From an uncultured Gemmatimonadales bacterium (GTDB taxonomy: Bacteria; Gemmatimonadota; Gemmatimonadetes; Gemmatimonadales; GWC2-71-9): a stretch of DNA of 64,000 nucleotides. Under the pieces are notes generated by a model that worked only from the letters and a program-made list of their open reading frames with translations, was not told the DNA's origin and ran no database searches. Each line of letters starts with the position of its first letter. The first letter of the stretch is position 1. Shown here one piece after another: positions 63,422 to 64,000 of this stretch. The stretch spans positions 1,088,001 to 1,152,000 of the forward strand of contig CAVSLV010000001.1 of the NCBI GenBank assembly GCA_963728915.1. The letters run 5' to 3'. The position numbers and the translations under genes are program-made.

Positions 63422-64000
63422 TCACCCACAGAGGACGCTGCCTCCATTGACGTTGAGCACCTCGCCGGTGATGTGGCGCGCCAGCGCGCTGCAGAGAAAC
63501 AGAATCGGGCCCGCGATGTCCTCCGGGGGCGGAATCCGCCGCAGCGGGATCGTCGCGGCGATCCGGTCCCGGCCGCCACCGGCATAGGGAATCGCGCTCA
63601 TCTCGGTGTCGACCCATCCCGGCGCGACACAATTCACCGTGATGTCGGGGGCGTATTCGATCGCCAGGGACTTGGTGAGCGAGATCAGCGCGCCTTTGGT
63701 CGCGGCGTAGTCGGCGTGAAAGGCTTCGCCCCGCTGACCCGCCGTGCTCGACACCAGCACGACTCGACCGCCTTTGCCCATCAGCCGGAGAGCCGCCCGG
63801 GTGGTCAGGTACACCGCGTCCAGGTTCTGCGACAGGGTCGAGCGCCACCGCGACTCGGTCAGCTCACCGAAGGGAACCTCCTCGACCGGCCAGATCCCGG
63901 CATTCGCCACGAAGCAATCGAGCCCGCCGAAGGCTGCTTTGCATTCCCGGAACCCGCGCTCGACGACGACCGGATCCGCCAGGTCGCCCCCGGCAACGAA
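63422..64000 (-). CDS. SDR family oxidoreductase, 3' part; 5' end outside the window
   Basis: ANAGI, VSSTAG, YAATK, VNCVAPGWVDT, ITGEVLNVNGG. Confidence 0.92.
   Translation of the reverse strand, partial: FVAGGDLADPVVVERGFRECKAAFGGLDCFVANAGIWPVEEVPFGELTESRWRSTLSQNLDAVYLTTRAALRLMGKGGRVVLVSSTAGQRGEAFHADYAATKGALISLTKSLAIEYAPDITVNCVAPGWVDTEMSAIPYAGGGRDRIAATIPLRRIPPPEDIAGPILFLCSALARHITGEVLNVNGGSVLCG

Overview
GC-rich bacterial chromosome segment, mostly core housekeeping genes on the minus strand. Gene order and sequence style suggest Gemmatimonadota, which is an inference and not verified. Core content: partial aroA; recN-nadK-dxs-ispA; xseAB-folD-rny-zapA; pheST; infC-rpmI-rplT; rex-arcA; rsmA and an RsbV/W/U-like partner-switching triad; coaD-rsmD-recJ-dnaG-mutS2; hinT-rsmE-prmA-dnaJ-hrcA-hemW-dprA-obg; hflX-rarA-cca; and three tRNAs (Leu-TAA, Val-CAC, Ile2-CAT). 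I saw no CRISPR array, integrase, transposase or prophage gene. Most notable observations: (1) a ~1 kb decayed islet at tRNA-Ile2 bounded by a duplicate of the tRNA 5' half that stops at the anticodon; (2) a four-gene module of a PilB/GspE ATPase fused to a receiver domain, a stand-alone receiver, a pilin-like membrane protein and a pilin; (3) a 41-aa microprotein that is one classical C2H2 zinc finger; (4) an NGTCCGCC octamer palindromic repeat found between tRNAs and also in frame inside pheS; (5) clear cis-regulation: a Rex box over the rex promoter, an attenuator-like infC leader with a non-AUG start, and many apparently leaderless genes. All calls come from reading motifs by eye; no searches were run, so novelty is untested.
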